60,197 nucleotides of DNA from Candidatus Bathyarchaeota archaeon (GCA_018396535.1 JAGTQC010000009.1:1-60197); one strand, 5' to 3'; shown: positions 1-10,179, counted from the stretch's first letter. Made by a program: numbers and translations. Notes: generated by a model from the sequence alone, not told the origin.

Positions 1-294
1 CGGCTCTCTAGCGAGTGGACATCTGCTAGTTTGGGGTTCCCAACATTCGCCAATCACCATATTCTCCTTTATATTATTTCTTATACTACTTAATTTTTCA
101 TTAGCTTTTTTTATATCATCTCTAATTCTATTATATTCTAATTTTAAATTATTTATTTCCTCTACTAGCAATCTACATTTTTCATTTAGATCTCTTATCT
201 TATCTCTTAATTCATAGAATATCTGTTCTAGTCTTTTCTTCTCATTTAAAATTCTTCCTAACTCTTCTCTAGCTTCACTTAGCTTCTCATTCAA
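1..294 (-). CDS. Coiled-coil protein, N-terminal part; runs off the window (possibly interrupted near position 60)
   Basis: Not in the ORF track. Open frame from TTG at 294: MNEKLSEAREELGRILNEKKRLEQIFYELRDKIRDLNEKCRLLVEEINNLKLEYNRIRDDIKKANEKLSSIRNNIKEN..., with a clear heptad pattern; no stop before the window edge. Confidence 0.7.
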   Translation of the reverse strand, partial: MNEKLSEAREELGRILNEKKRLEQIFYELRDKIRDLNEKCRLLVEEINNLKLEYNRIRDDIKKANEKLSSIRNNIKENMVIGECWEPQTSRCPLAREP

Positions 295-332
295 ATCCTA
301 TTCAGCTAGTTATATAAGTAATGCTCCTATAA

Positions 333-569
333 TTAAACGTTAGATAACTCCTCCCACGTAGTCATCGTTATCTCTCCACCACACTTCTCACACTTATATC
401 TTCTCTCAATCAGCATTAACCCTGTTATATTGTTGCGTGATATTACACGCATATTAATCTCAGAGTATGTATGCATACAGAAAACCATCCTTGAATATAT
501 TTCCTCAAGCTCCTCTACGTTTACCCTACCAGACCTATTCATCCTACTAAGCTCGATCCATCTCTCCAT
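333..569 (-). CDS. Small hypothetical protein, probable zinc ribbon
   Basis: 78 aa with CMH...CEKC; TATA-like TTTAAA just upstream on the minus strand. Confidence 0.55.
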   Translation of the reverse strand: MERWIELSRMNRSGRVNVEELEEIYSRMVFCMHTYSEINMRVISRNNITGLMLIERRYKCEKCGGEITMTTWEELSNV

Positions 570-982
570 AGAGACTCACAAAAGCTGGGTGCTTAACTAT
601 AATTTAAATAACTGATACTCGAAAATAGCTGAGTGATAACGCTAAACATCTTTCCTCACGACCTAATTATGATCGAAGTACATGTACTCCCCTCTATGGA
701 TGTATTACTAGCGAATATACCGACGTTTATTACATCGTTAGCTAGAGACTATAGAAACCTATAGGTTACACTTCTCGCTATCCATAGCTATATACAGTTT
801 TAAATAAAAACGTTAGACTCTACTTCTATTCAGAAAGTCTTTGAACGATAGTCTTCCCTTTAAGAAATAGCTAGTTGAATTTTAGCCTTAACCTATGGTA
901 TTCACAGCTTCTCATACTCGTATTATCTTGTATAGGAAAGTTTATATCGTTATGAATAAGCATGTTTTGCTTACATGTCGAC

Positions 983-1318
983 ATGAGGTTCTGTCCTATC
1001 TGCGGGTCGAGAGTTAAGAGTGAGAAAAAGGGTTCCTCCACGATATTCATCTGCCTCAAATGTGGTCATACATATGTAGGTAGCGGAGATACTGTTAGAA
1101 GCGAAAACCGTATTCAAGTTAAGGAGAGAGAAGCCATATCTATAGTTGAGAGTAGCGTGGATACATATAAGCCGCTGCCTACAACTATCATCGAATGTCC
1201 TAAATGCGGTTATATGAGGGCCTATTGCTGGATATCCCAAACAGAAGATATAGATAGGGATGCAACTAAATTTTTTAGATGCGTTAGATGCGGCTATGTA
1301 TGGAGAGAGTACACCTAG
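983..1318 (+). CDS. Transcription factor S (TFS/RpoM) family paralogue with non-canonical acidic hairpin
   Basis: Two zinc ribbons (MRFCPICG...CLKCG; CPKCG...CVRCGYVWRE). Start moved to ATG 983 (MRFCP). Hairpin reads QTEDIDRDAT. Confidence 0.9.
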   Translation: MRFCPICGSRVKSEKKGSSTIFICLKCGHTYVGSGDTVRSENRIQVKEREAISIVESSVDTYKPLPTTIIECPKCGYMRAYCWISQTEDIDRDATKFFRCVRCGYVWREYT

Positions 1319-3039
1319 TATACGTACTGCGGATGAAATGTATATCTTAAGACCATCTTAGATAGATCGCTATTCGGATCGTAAACTTTATGCATGATCA
1401 CCCTGTTTATCCTAGATAACCTCCTTATATTGTCAGGGTAATATCCACCTTGCTGGATATGGAATATTGCTATCTGATGCTCATACTCAGCTATCCTTTC
1501 AAGATCTCTATACGCTTCATCTATGTTCTGGAATCCACCATCAGTTACTATGATAATAAAACATCTATTCCTCGCTTCATCTGTGAATCTTCTGATACTA
1601 TGTGTGGGTAGTATAGTCAATTCCCCTTGATGATAAGATAGTAGGATCTCCTTCAACTCCTCTTCGTCGTTCCAACCTGCTTCGAAATATCTAGATGAGA
1701 AGTTCACTACAGAAACTTTCCCTCCCATTCTAACAGCATTAACGTAAGCTATGAAACCAGCTATCGAAGCCGGATCATAAGCTGACATCATACTACTACT
1801 CGTATCCAATACTATAATCACATAGGGCGAGATACCCTCCTTAGGTATAGCTCCACATCGCAGCTCTGTCTGAACCCATTTAGTAGTATTTACCTCTAAT
1901 CTAAGCTTACCCTCCTCTACACTAGCTTCGATATCTAAATCCTCTATTTCATCTTCTATAGACCACTCTATGGGGTATGTATCATCTCTAATACTCATAC
2001 CTCTCTCACCCATATGCATCGAATACTCTAATATAGATGCTAACGCTCTAGCTTTATACCAGTATCTAAGCCATAATGCCTCCTCAAACTTATCCTTCTT
2101 AAATTTCTTCGAAAGCTTACTATACCTAGTCGGTATCCTTGGTTCTCTACCTCTACTCACCATACCAACCCTCTTCATATCCTGTTCTAATCGTTTACTA
2201 AATACATCCACCTGTTTCTCATTGCCAGTTAACCTAGGTTTTATCCATTCTTCATACAAAGCTTTAGCCTCAACCCTATCTCTAGCTTTACCTAAAGTCT
2301 CCTCGGCTATTCTATCCACTCCTCTATCTCCTAAATCCTCTCTCAACATAAGCGGCATCTGCTTCATCTTCTTAACAACCCTTTTACTATATGCTCCTCC
2401 TCTATACCATCCAAGCCTATACAGTATCGCCGCTATATCCCTAACTTTCGCTATCCAAGTTTTAGGTTGGACTATTATACCAGCTATCATTCCTCCATAT
2501 ACTTCTAAGTCCTTCGACATCTTCCTTCCTCTAATCTTTGGATGGAAGAATCTGTATACCGAATAGTATATGTCTAGAGGGGGTTTAAGATTATCAGCCG
2601 ATAAATCTACCAATACGTGATAGGGCTCTTCTCCAAACCTAGCAGGAAGATATATACAATCTACTTGTGCATCACAGAATAATGTTAATGCTAGCTTTGC
2701 TATTATTCGGTCAGGAACTACTTCGAAAGCTGATCTATATAATAGATTAGCAGTAGCTATATCGTATGGACAATAATGTGCATGAGAAAGTGTATGTCTA
2801 TAGTACCAGAGAAGGTAGAGTTGAGGATTATCAGCTTTAAGAGCATGATCTACAGGTATACCTATAAACCCTTTTATAGAATTAAACCCACCCATCCAGC
2901 TTCTACTAACAGTTCTTAGAAAGCTGCATGGAGGCTTGAATAATTCTTGAAAAGCTTGCGTATAAGCATCGATAGCATCTTTAAGTAGACCTTCTAGCTT
3001 CTCTACCTTGTATCCTTCAGTATGCCCTCCATGCCCCAT
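1315..3039 (-). CDS. VWA-domain protein, partner of the MoxR ATPase; N-terminal metallopeptidase-like region
   Basis: MIDAS DTSSS, VVNFS, IVTDG; N-terminal HTLSHAHYCP; overlaps the upstream MoxR gene. Confidence 0.85.
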   Translation of the reverse strand: MGHGGHTEGYKVEKLEGLLKDAIDAYTQAFQELFKPPCSFLRTVSRSWMGGFNSIKGFIGIPVDHALKADNPQLYLLWYYRHTLSHAHYCPYDIATANLLYRSAFEVVPDRIIAKLALTLFCDAQVDCIYLPARFGEEPYHVLVDLSADNLKPPLDIYYSVYRFFHPKIRGRKMSKDLEVYGGMIAGIIVQPKTWIAKVRDIAAILYRLGWYRGGAYSKRVVKKMKQMPLMLREDLGDRGVDRIAEETLGKARDRVEAKALYEEWIKPRLTGNEKQVDVFSKRLEQDMKRVGMVSRGREPRIPTRYSKLSKKFKKDKFEEALWLRYWYKARALASILEYSMHMGERGMSIRDDTYPIEWSIEDEIEDLDIEASVEEGKLRLEVNTTKWVQTELRCGAIPKEGISPYVIIVLDTSSSMMSAYDPASIAGFIAYVNAVRMGGKVSVVNFSSRYFEAGWNDEEELKEILLSYHQGELTILPTHSIRRFTDEARNRCFIIIVTDGGFQNIDEAYRDLERIAEYEHQIAIFHIQQGGYYPDNIRRLSRINRVIMHKVYDPNSDLSKMVLRYTFHPQYVY

Positions 3040-4181
3040 TTCTCTTCCAGCCTCCTAAGCTCTTCTGCGAACACAGGATCCTCTAGAGATAGTTCCTTAG
3101 CATAACTGTAAAGTTTCTGATCGAATTTCTCTGATAACTTAAGTAGTATCAACCAGTGTCCTCTAGCTTCTCTATCCTTAACCTTCTCCCTTTCCTTAGA
3201 AAGGATCTCAGCCCAGCTACCAAGTATATTTCTAGAATCTGTTAGTGAAGCTCTATGAATTAAGGTCCATGGTACAAGCTCCCATAGCGAATCATCTGTT
3301 AACTCTCCATCAAGCCATAACTTAGCTTTAGCTAGCTCTGTAAGAGATATCACGCTCCTCTCGCTTGGCGGCTCCTTTATTTTACTACAAGTTTCTTTAA
3401 CAAAGTGGCATCCGCTACATAAAGCTGGAGGCTTAACATCTGTGAATTCCTTATCCCTTATACATGCTTGGAGATCTCTCACAATCATGTTTATCATACC
3501 TAAAGTCTCTATGTCAAGCTCTATTTCGGAAACTTCTCTACGTATCTCATCTAACTCGTTTACATCCAGTATCTGAGGCATACTCTCTACTAAACTGCCT
3601 TTAAACTTCTTCAAAGCTTCTTCTAGCTTAAACTTCTCACTTAAGCTTAAAGTTCTTAGTAATATACATATATCGAACCTGTCATAGAATGGTGGTGGAT
3701 GAATGAATGTACCTACATCATTCGGATTTTCGTTAGCTATAAGTATATAGTCGCCTACCCTTAGTCTCTTACCGTAAGACCATACTTCACCAAACTGCAT
3801 GAGGTGATATATTCCAGCTGTAGTATAGGGGTTTAATCTATTAACCTCATCTAAACCTTTACCTCTACTTTTCACGAATTCAGACCATACGATCCTCTCA
3901 ACTCCCTCCCTCTCGAGCGAAGGTATGTGAAGTCTACCTATAACCTCTCCTCTCCTAACCTCAGATGCACCTGATACAACTATGAAATCATCTCCACATA
4001 AGCCTCTAAGAAGTAGCAGCATTAACGTCGATTTCCCCGCTCCTCTAGGAGCTCTTATGAGGGTAGCACTTCTACGATGTAGTTGATTGAGTACAGCGAC
4101 TTCTACAGCCTTCTCGTTACCTATAAACCTAGCTTTTATCTCTGATATAAGCGTTCTAACTTTTACTTTCAGGTCACTCAT
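3003..4181 (-). CDS. MoxR-type AAA+ ATPase
   Basis: Walker A APRGAGKS, Walker B LDEVNR, sensor ANENP, DRFD and PSER motifs. Confidence 0.88.
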   Translation of the reverse strand: MSDLKVKVRTLISEIKARFIGNEKAVEVAVLNQLHRRSATLIRAPRGAGKSTLMLLLLRGLCGDDFIVVSGASEVRRGEVIGRLHIPSLEREGVERIVWSEFVKSRGKGLDEVNRLNPYTTAGIYHLMQFGEVWSYGKRLRVGDYILIANENPNDVGTFIHPPPFYDRFDICILLRTLSLSEKFKLEEALKKFKGSLVESMPQILDVNELDEIRREVSEIELDIETLGMINMIVRDLQACIRDKEFTDVKPPALCSGCHFVKETCSKIKEPPSERSVISLTELAKAKLWLDGELTDDSLWELVPWTLIHRASLTDSRNILGSWAEILSKEREKVKDREARGHWLILLKLSEKFDQKLYSYAKELSLEDPVFAEELRRLEEKWGMEGILKDTR

Positions 4182-4182
4182 A

Positions 4183-4467
4183 CTACCACAACCCTAAAAG
4201 TTTAGTTAGGAATAACCCTGACAGTATAGCTACGATCACCATCAGTAGTTTGATATAGAATCTAAGCCTATCTACCGTGGATGTTAATAATTCTATCTCC
4301 CTTCTCAGCATGTAGGCTTCAGAAGATGATATCAGAAACCTATTGTAAGACCTACCCATATAGAATTCTGGGAGCGATATTCTTTCAGCTTCCATAGAGA
4401 CTGGTTGTATAAACCCCTTATACTTCCTAGCCTTAATCTCCATATATTTTCTGAATAGCTCTTCCAT
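4183..4467 (-). CDS. Small tail-anchored membrane protein, first gene of the MoxR/VWA operon
   Basis: Short coiled coil followed by a C-terminal hydrophobic helix (IKLLMVIVAILSGLFLTKLLGLW); 1-bp gap to MoxR. Confidence 0.7.
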   Translation of the reverse strand: MEELFRKYMEIKARKYKGFIQPVSMEAERISLPEFYMGRSYNRFLISSSEAYMLRREIELLTSTVDRLRFYIKLLMVIVAILSGLFLTKLLGLW

Positions 4468-4523
4468 TTGGTTTAAATAAAACTAGGAGCTACAATTTTA
4501 ATTTTTCCTAGTAGAGTCAGAAG

Positions 4524-5558
4524 CTAGGTAGCCATGCTTCTAGATCTAAGCCTAGCTTTAAGCTCTATAAGATCCTTTAGTATAGCATGAGCTGTTTCGA
4601 CCCCACCCGCTCCCTTACCGACGACTGTTATACTTCCTAGATCTTCTACATGAAAGGTTAACGCATTAAGATTACCGGGGACGGCTAACGGGCTACTCCT
4701 AGGAATTTCGATAGGAATCACGGTAGCTTTACCCATGCTATCTACAGATCCTATAAGTTTAATCGTAGACCCTCTTCTAAGAGCTTCAGCTAGATCTTTC
4801 TCTGTCACATCTCTTATACCCCTAACATATACATCCCTTAACGTTATCCTAATACCTAGTATATGCACGGCTAGTATAACTATCTTACAAGCTGTATCCC
4901 ACCCATCTATATCCATAGATGGATCTGCTTCAGCATAACCGAGTCTTTGCGCCTTCTTTAAAGCTTCCTCGAAGGATAACCCCCCCTCCATCGAGGATAG
5001 TATATAGTTGCATGTGCCATTTAGCACCCCTTCTAAACCTAAGATAAGATCACCAATTAAACACTTCTCAGCGAATCTTATGAAAGGTGTACCTCCACCT
5101 ACTGTTCCACTAAACATTATCTCCCTTCCTGTATAGCGTGCTAGCTCCAGTAAGCTAGGCATAGCTAAAGCTAATGGACCCTTATTAGCCGTAATTACGT
5201 GTAAACCAGCTTTCAAAGCTTCTCTTATATGAGTCAAACCTGGTTCTCCGTCAACTATATTCGTAGGTGTAACTTCTATCAATATATCAGCATCAGCGAG
5301 TCTATCTGATATAATCTCTATAGCTTTAACACCTATCTTACCGCAATCAGGGTAGAATCCTACACTCCCCTTTTTCTGCTTAACCTCCTCTAATTTAGAG
5401 TAATCCAATCCCCTAGGATTTATAGCTACACCACTACTATCTGCGACAGCGACAAGCTTTGGATATAATCCAATCCTCTCTAGATAAGATCTCCTAACCT
5501 CTATGAGTCTAGCCACAGCTCTACCTACATTACCATAACCAAATAGAACTATCTTCAT
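4524..5558 (-). CDS. hom: Homoserine dehydrogenase
   Basis: GYGNVG Rossmann motif, TANKGP, LNGTCNYIL, GYAEADPSMDIDGWD. True start ATG 5558 overlaps the thrC stop (ATGA). Confidence 0.95.
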   Translation of the reverse strand: MKIVLFGYGNVGRAVARLIEVRRSYLERIGLYPKLVAVADSSGVAINPRGLDYSKLEEVKQKKGSVGFYPDCGKIGVKAIEIISDRLADADILIEVTPTNIVDGEPGLTHIREALKAGLHVITANKGPLALAMPSLLELARYTGREIMFSGTVGGGTPFIRFAEKCLIGDLILGLEGVLNGTCNYILSSMEGGLSFEEALKKAQRLGYAEADPSMDIDGWDTACKIVILAVHILGIRITLRDVYVRGIRDVTEKDLAEALRRGSTIKLIGSVDSMGKATVIPIEIPRSSPLAVPGNLNALTFHVEDLGSITVVGKGAGGVETAHAILKDLIELKARLRSRSMAT

Positions 5559-6790
5559 GAAACTAGTATCCTCCTTAAACTCTCTAGATCTGGATCTACT
5601 TCTATAGGCATTTCGCAGAGTTTTAGAACGATTTCCGGATCCTTCAATCCGTGACCGGTAGCTATACATACCGTTAACTCATCTCTATCTATAACACCAT
5701 CATCAACTAACCTCCTTAAACCAGCTATAGAAGCTGCACTAGCAGGCTCTACGAATATCCCCTCTCTTCTAGCGATAAGCTTTTGAGCATCAAGTATCTC
5801 TTCATCAGATACATCGATCATAGAACCTTTAGATTCAGATACGGCTTTAAGCGCCTTCTTCCAACTAATAGGATTCCCTATCCTTATAGCAGTAGCTATC
5901 GTCTCAGGGTTTTCGATAGGCTCTAAATCTTGTCTATCAGATCTATATGCCTTCACAAGTGGATTAGCATTCTTAGCTTGCACTCCATGCATTCTAGGCA
6001 TCTTTTCAGCTAATCCCAATATTCTTAATTCGCTAAATCCTTTCCAATAGGCTGATATATTTCCTGCGTTACCCACCGGTATAACTACGTTATCTGGGTT
6101 TAAGCCTAGTTGATCATGCAATTCTAAAGCAGCTGTCTTCTGCCCTTCTACCCTAAAGGGATTTATGCTATTGAGAAGGTATATCCTTCTCTCCTCTAAG
6201 CAGAGTTGTATAGCTGTTTTTAAAGCTAAATCAAAATTACTCTTTACAGCTAAAACTTTAGCTCCATAGATCATAGCTTGTGATAGTTTACCTAATGCAA
6301 CTTTACCAGCAGGTATCAATACATAGCAGATCAAACCAGCTCTAGCTGAATATGCAGATAGACTCGCAGCAGTATTTCCAGTTGAAGCACATAATGTCGC
6401 TTTAAAATCAAGCTCTAAAGCTTTCGAAACACCTACAGTCATGCCTCGATCTTTGAAACTTCCTGTAGGATTATCGCCTTCGCATTTGACGTAAAGATTC
6501 TTAACCCCTATAGTCTCAGCTAATCTGTAACATCTCAGCAATCTTGTACCGCCTTCATTCATGCTTACTATCTTCTTATCATCGAATATGGGTATAAGCT
6601 CCCTGTAACGCCAGACATTCAGAGGACGCTTACGCCATAAATCTAGGTTTACTATACTGTTCAACTCATTTACATCTAAGTATACTTCAAGTAACCCGCT
6701 ACACCTATTACATATATACACGATCTCATTTATACCATATATCTGACCGCAATCTATACATCTAATGCTGAATAGTTCATTTAACCTCAT
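5555..6790 (-). CDS. thrC: Threonine synthase
   Basis: NPTGSFKDRG PLP lysine motif, ASTGNT, PVGNAGN; N-terminal zinc ribbon. Confidence 0.95.
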   Translation of the reverse strand: MRLNELFSIRCIDCGQIYGINEIVYICNRCSGLLEVYLDVNELNSIVNLDLWRKRPLNVWRYRELIPIFDDKKIVSMNEGGTRLLRCYRLAETIGVKNLYVKCEGDNPTGSFKDRGMTVGVSKALELDFKATLCASTGNTAASLSAYSARAGLICYVLIPAGKVALGKLSQAMIYGAKVLAVKSNFDLALKTAIQLCLEERRIYLLNSINPFRVEGQKTAALELHDQLGLNPDNVVIPVGNAGNISAYWKGFSELRILGLAEKMPRMHGVQAKNANPLVKAYRSDRQDLEPIENPETIATAIRIGNPISWKKALKAVSESKGSMIDVSDEEILDAQKLIARREGIFVEPASAASIAGLRRLVDDGVIDRDELTVCIATGHGLKDPEIVLKLCEMPIEVDPDLESLRRILVS

Positions 6791-7703
6791 GAACGCCTCT
6801 ACCTACTTTTGTAGTATACAATTTACAGTCTATACCTTTCTCTTCAAAAATCTTCTTGAAGGAATCAGCTATAGTTTTTAAATCTTCTAGATATGTTATA
6901 ACTATATATGCTGGTCCTGCTCCACTTAAGGCTACGCCTATTCCAAGCTTATCAGCTAATGTACGAACTTCATCATAAAGTTTTGTAAATCCATGCAAAG
7001 CTCTGATACGCTCGACGCACTCATCCCTCATTCCATCCTTAAGTAGATCTATACGTCCTAAAACTAAGCCTAATGCTGTTAGACTTCCATATCCTACGTT
7101 ACGATATGCAGATGTTAGATCTATAGTAGGTGGTAAAATCTTTCGTGCTTCATATGTAGATGCCTTGCTTATACTATTAGGTAGTACGATCGCTACGCCT
7201 AGTTTATCACTAGGTTGGAATGAGTAGATCTTCGGAGGATTACCAGTTACTATAGTGAATCCTCCGCATATAGCAGGTGCGACGTTATCTAGATGTGGTA
7301 CTCCGGCAGATACTATTTCACCTAAAGAAGCATACCTTATAAGCTCATCCCTAGGTAAATCGAGAGAATATAGCTTATCTATTGCATAAGCTACGGCTGC
7401 AGCCGTAGCAGCAGATGAGCCTAAACCTGATCTTGGAGGTATACCTTTCACTATCCTTATTCTAATAGCTTCTTTTATTTCAAAATCTTCCATCATCTTC
7501 AAAGCAACATATCCACCCGTATTTTCCCTAGGATCCAGAGGTACTCGATAGCCATCAACAGATATTTCTACCTCACTCTTAGTCTTAGCTTCTATTGAAA
7601 CTTCTACTATATCATATGGATCTTCTAGAGCTAGACCGAAGCAGTCGAATCCCGCTCCAAGGTTAGCTGATGATGCCGGGGCTCTAACCCTTATAGATTT
7701 CAT
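6777..7703 (-). CDS. thrB: Homoserine kinase
   Basis: PASSANLGAGFD, GHMP motif PPRSGLGSSAA, HLDN, SGAGP. Confidence 0.95.
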   Translation of the reverse strand: MKSIRVRAPASSANLGAGFDCFGLALEDPYDIVEVSIEAKTKSEVEISVDGYRVPLDPRENTGGYVALKMMEDFEIKEAIRIRIVKGIPPRSGLGSSAATAAAVAYAIDKLYSLDLPRDELIRYASLGEIVSAGVPHLDNVAPAICGGFTIVTGNPPKIYSFQPSDKLGVAIVLPNSISKASTYEARKILPPTIDLTSAYRNVGYGSLTALGLVLGRIDLLKDGMRDECVERIRALHGFTKLYDEVRTLADKLGIGVALSGAGPAYIVITYLEDLKTIADSFKKIFEEKGIDCKLYTTKVGRGVHEVK

Positions 7704-7772
7704 ACAGGTTCACTCCAAATTACTATTCAGACTCCCTACTCTCTATGATTTAACATTTTATCATCTCAGTAC

Positions 7773-8846
7773 CTATACCCTTCTATGCTTATACTCTATA
7801 TAACATGCCCCTTCTACTGATACCATACATGGACCTATAGGGTTTAATGGTGTACAGGTAATAGAGAATAACGGGCATTCCCTAGGTTTCGCTAGACCTC
7901 TAAGAACCTCCGAACATCGACAACCCTTGGGTTCGCTATATTCTTCGAGTAGTTTTAATTCATCTTGGAAGACTAATCTAGCATCCCGATCTTCATATTT
8001 TCGTTTAAGACGCATACCTGAATTCTCTACTCTAGATAATCCTCTCCATTCAAGATCGGTATATTCAAAAACTTCTTCGATAAGCTTTAAAGCTCTAGGG
8101 TTTCCCTCCCTCCTTACAGCTCTACTATATTCATTCTCAACTTTTGCCTCTCCTCTTTTAACTTGTCTAGCAAGCATATATACGGATACTAATACATCCA
8201 AGGGCTCGAACCCCGATATTACGTGCGGAATCGGGAATCTAGATACAATTCTCTCATATGGTTCTAAACCTATTATCGTGCTCACATGTCCAGGATCTAT
8301 AAATCCATCTATCTTAACTTCACCTAGAGAGAGTAACGCTTCGATAGCTGGAGGTATACGTCTATGACAGTTTAAGATATAGAAATTTCTAGGCGGATCA
8401 GATAATATCGTATATGCTGTAGATGGAGCAGTTGTTTCAAAACCTACCGCTAAGAATACTACATCCCTATTAGGATTCATTTTAGCTATCTCGACTGCAT
8501 CATCAATACTATAAACTATACGTATATCCGCCCCATCTCCTCTAAGCGTAAGTAAGCTCCTTCCCCTAATTCTAACCCTAGCTGCATCGCCATATGTAGT
8601 TATGATCTTCCCCCTCGCTGCTAACACCATAGCTTCCATATATTCTCTAGATGTTGTAACACATATCGGGCATCCTGGACCTGCTACAAGCTCTATACCA
8701 TATGGCTCAAGCAACGTATCCAGACTATACCTTACTATGGTATCTTGATGTGTACCGCATACATTCATAAACTTAGCCTTAATGTTGAGATCCTTAATCT
8801 TTTCAAGGATCTTATTAGCCGTGGATTTATCCCTAAACCTAAACAT
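7773..8846 (-). CDS. hypD: [NiFe]-hydrogenase maturation protein HypD
   Basis: CGTH, GPGCPIC, GFETT, PGHVS and C-terminal Fe-S cysteines; start probably MFRFRD. Confidence 0.95.
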   Translation of the reverse strand: MFRFRDKSTANKILEKIKDLNIKAKFMNVCGTHQDTIVRYSLDTLLEPYGIELVAGPGCPICVTTSREYMEAMVLAARGKIITTYGDAARVRIRGRSLLTLRGDGADIRIVYSIDDAVEIAKMNPNRDVVFLAVGFETTAPSTAYTILSDPPRNFYILNCHRRIPPAIEALLSLGEVKIDGFIDPGHVSTIIGLEPYERIVSRFPIPHVISGFEPLDVLVSVYMLARQVKRGEAKVENEYSRAVRREGNPRALKLIEEVFEYTDLEWRGLSRVENSGMRLKRKYEDRDARLVFQDELKLLEEYSEPKGCRCSEVLRGLAKPRECPLFSITCTPLNPIGPCMVSVEGACYIEYKHRRV

Positions 8847-8848
8847 AG

Positions 8849-9223
8849 CTAGACTTCGATACATATACCTTCAATAACACAATCTCTACCCTTAACAAGC
8901 TTCGATATATTATTACATCGAGGGCATCGAACGATCGGAGGTGAATAATGGTATAACGGGTTATCCTTACACTCGACTATCCATTGGTAATTACACTCTA
9001 TACATTTAGCTACGGCATCCTCTTCTGATACGGAAAATACTACTCCATTTAAACTAGGCTCCATACTAGCTATAGCCTCTAGAGAGAACTTAAGCTGGTC
9101 TGGGTTTATGAACGAGAATTTACCTATTCTTATCTTAATCTCTAGTACCCTCTTTGCATACCTCCTTTTAGCCTCCGCTAAGGCTATACTTATTATCTGG
9201 GATGCGATCGAAAATTCATGCAT
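8849..9223 (-). CDS. hypA: Hydrogenase nickel chaperone HypA
   Basis: MHE N-terminus and two CxxC motifs. Confidence 0.95.
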   Translation of the reverse strand: MHEFSIASQIISIALAEAKRRYAKRVLEIKIRIGKFSFINPDQLKFSLEAIASMEPSLNGVVFSVSEEDAVAKCIECNYQWIVECKDNPLYHYSPPIVRCPRCNNISKLVKGRDCVIEGICIEV

Positions 9224-9258
9224 AGATTATATCACTAGTAAAGTAAGACTGAATTAAT

Positions 9259-9933
9259 TCATAAGTTTAAAGCATGTATAATGTCATCTATACCAATACC
9301 ATCCCTGCATATAGCTTTAACGACATTAGCCCTGGGGTTTATGCTCCTTATATCTTGAACAAGTTTATCTGAATCTACCTTCATAGCTTCAGCTAGATCC
9401 ATCTTATTTATGACAACTATATCCGCATCCATAAACATAAATGGATGTTTAATAACAGTGTATGGTCCCTCTGTTATACTTATTACGACTATACGTTTAT
9501 GACTTCCCAATGGAAACTCAGCCGGACATATAAGGTTACCTACGTTCTCTATGAATATGAGATCTAAACTGGACAATTCAAGTTTTTCTAAAGCTTTCCT
9601 TATCTGACTCGCATCAAGGTGGCATTCCCTACCTGTATTAACCTGCACTGATTTTACTCCCTCCTTGAGAATCATATCTGAATCTATACTGGAAGTTAAG
9701 TCCCCCTTTATAACGGCTATACGATACCTGTCTTTAAGTCTTTTACAAATTTGTATTATTAGAGTAGTTTTTCCTGATCCTGTAGCACCCATAACATCTA
9801 TAGCTTTTATACCATAATTATCTAGAATTCTGCGATTCTCTTCGGCTAATAACATATTACGTCTGATTATACTTTCCTCCAACTCTATATCTAGTCTTTC
9901 CCCCTCATCTTCCGTTACGATAATTTTACTCAA
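9259..9933 (-). CDS. hypB: Hydrogenase nickel GTPase HypB
   Basis: GATGSGKTT, CHLDA, ENVGNLICP, NKMD. Confidence 0.95.
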   Translation of the reverse strand: MSKIIVTEDEGERLDIELEESIIRRNMLLAEENRRILDNYGIKAIDVMGATGSGKTTLIIQICKRLKDRYRIAVIKGDLTSSIDSDMILKEGVKSVQVNTGRECHLDASQIRKALEKLELSSLDLIFIENVGNLICPAEFPLGSHKRIVVISITEGPYTVIKHPFMFMDADIVVINKMDLAEAMKVDSDKLVQDIRSINPRANVVKAICRDGIGIDDIIHALNL

Positions 9934-9945
9934 TATTACCCCCCT

Positions 9946-10179
9946 TCATTTAGCAAAATCTTCTAAAGATATCACCTTCCTCCATAACTCTATGGTTTCA
10001 CGGACATATTCTTCAGGTACAACTTGAATAGCATAGCCTGCATGTACAAGAACATAGTCTCCCGGTTTCGCTTTTTCAAGTAAAGCTAAGTTAACCTTTC
10101 TTATAGTTCCATCGCCAAAATCCACTTTACCAATTATGCCATTTACCTCTATGAGTAGGCCAGGTACTGCTAAGCACAT
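9946..10179 (-). CDS. hypC: Hydrogenase assembly chaperone HypC
   Basis: MCLAVPG and GDYVLVHAGYAI. Confidence 0.95.
   Translation of the reverse strand: MCLAVPGLLIEVNGIIGKVDFGDGTIRKVNLALLEKAKPGDYVLVHAGYAIQVVPEEYVRETIELWRKVISLEDFAK

Noticed and set aside
1-12. Minus strand ends in GAGAGCCG, like the start of group II intron domain V
   Set aside because: Only a few bases at the window edge; no other intron features are visible.
1970-2566. 198-aa plus-strand ORF and the many similar 60-150 aa antisense ORFs across the window
   Set aside because: They lie opposite well-supported genes, are Ser/Ile/Leu-rich and have no motifs; they are shadow ORFs.
5559-5669. Arg/Ser-rich N-terminal extension of hom
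   Set aside because: It overlaps thrC; the ATGA-coupled start at 5558 gives the normal N-terminus.
7773-10179. hyp cluster without hypE/F or hydrogenase genes
   Set aside because: Scattered hyp genes are common in archaea, so this is not unusual.
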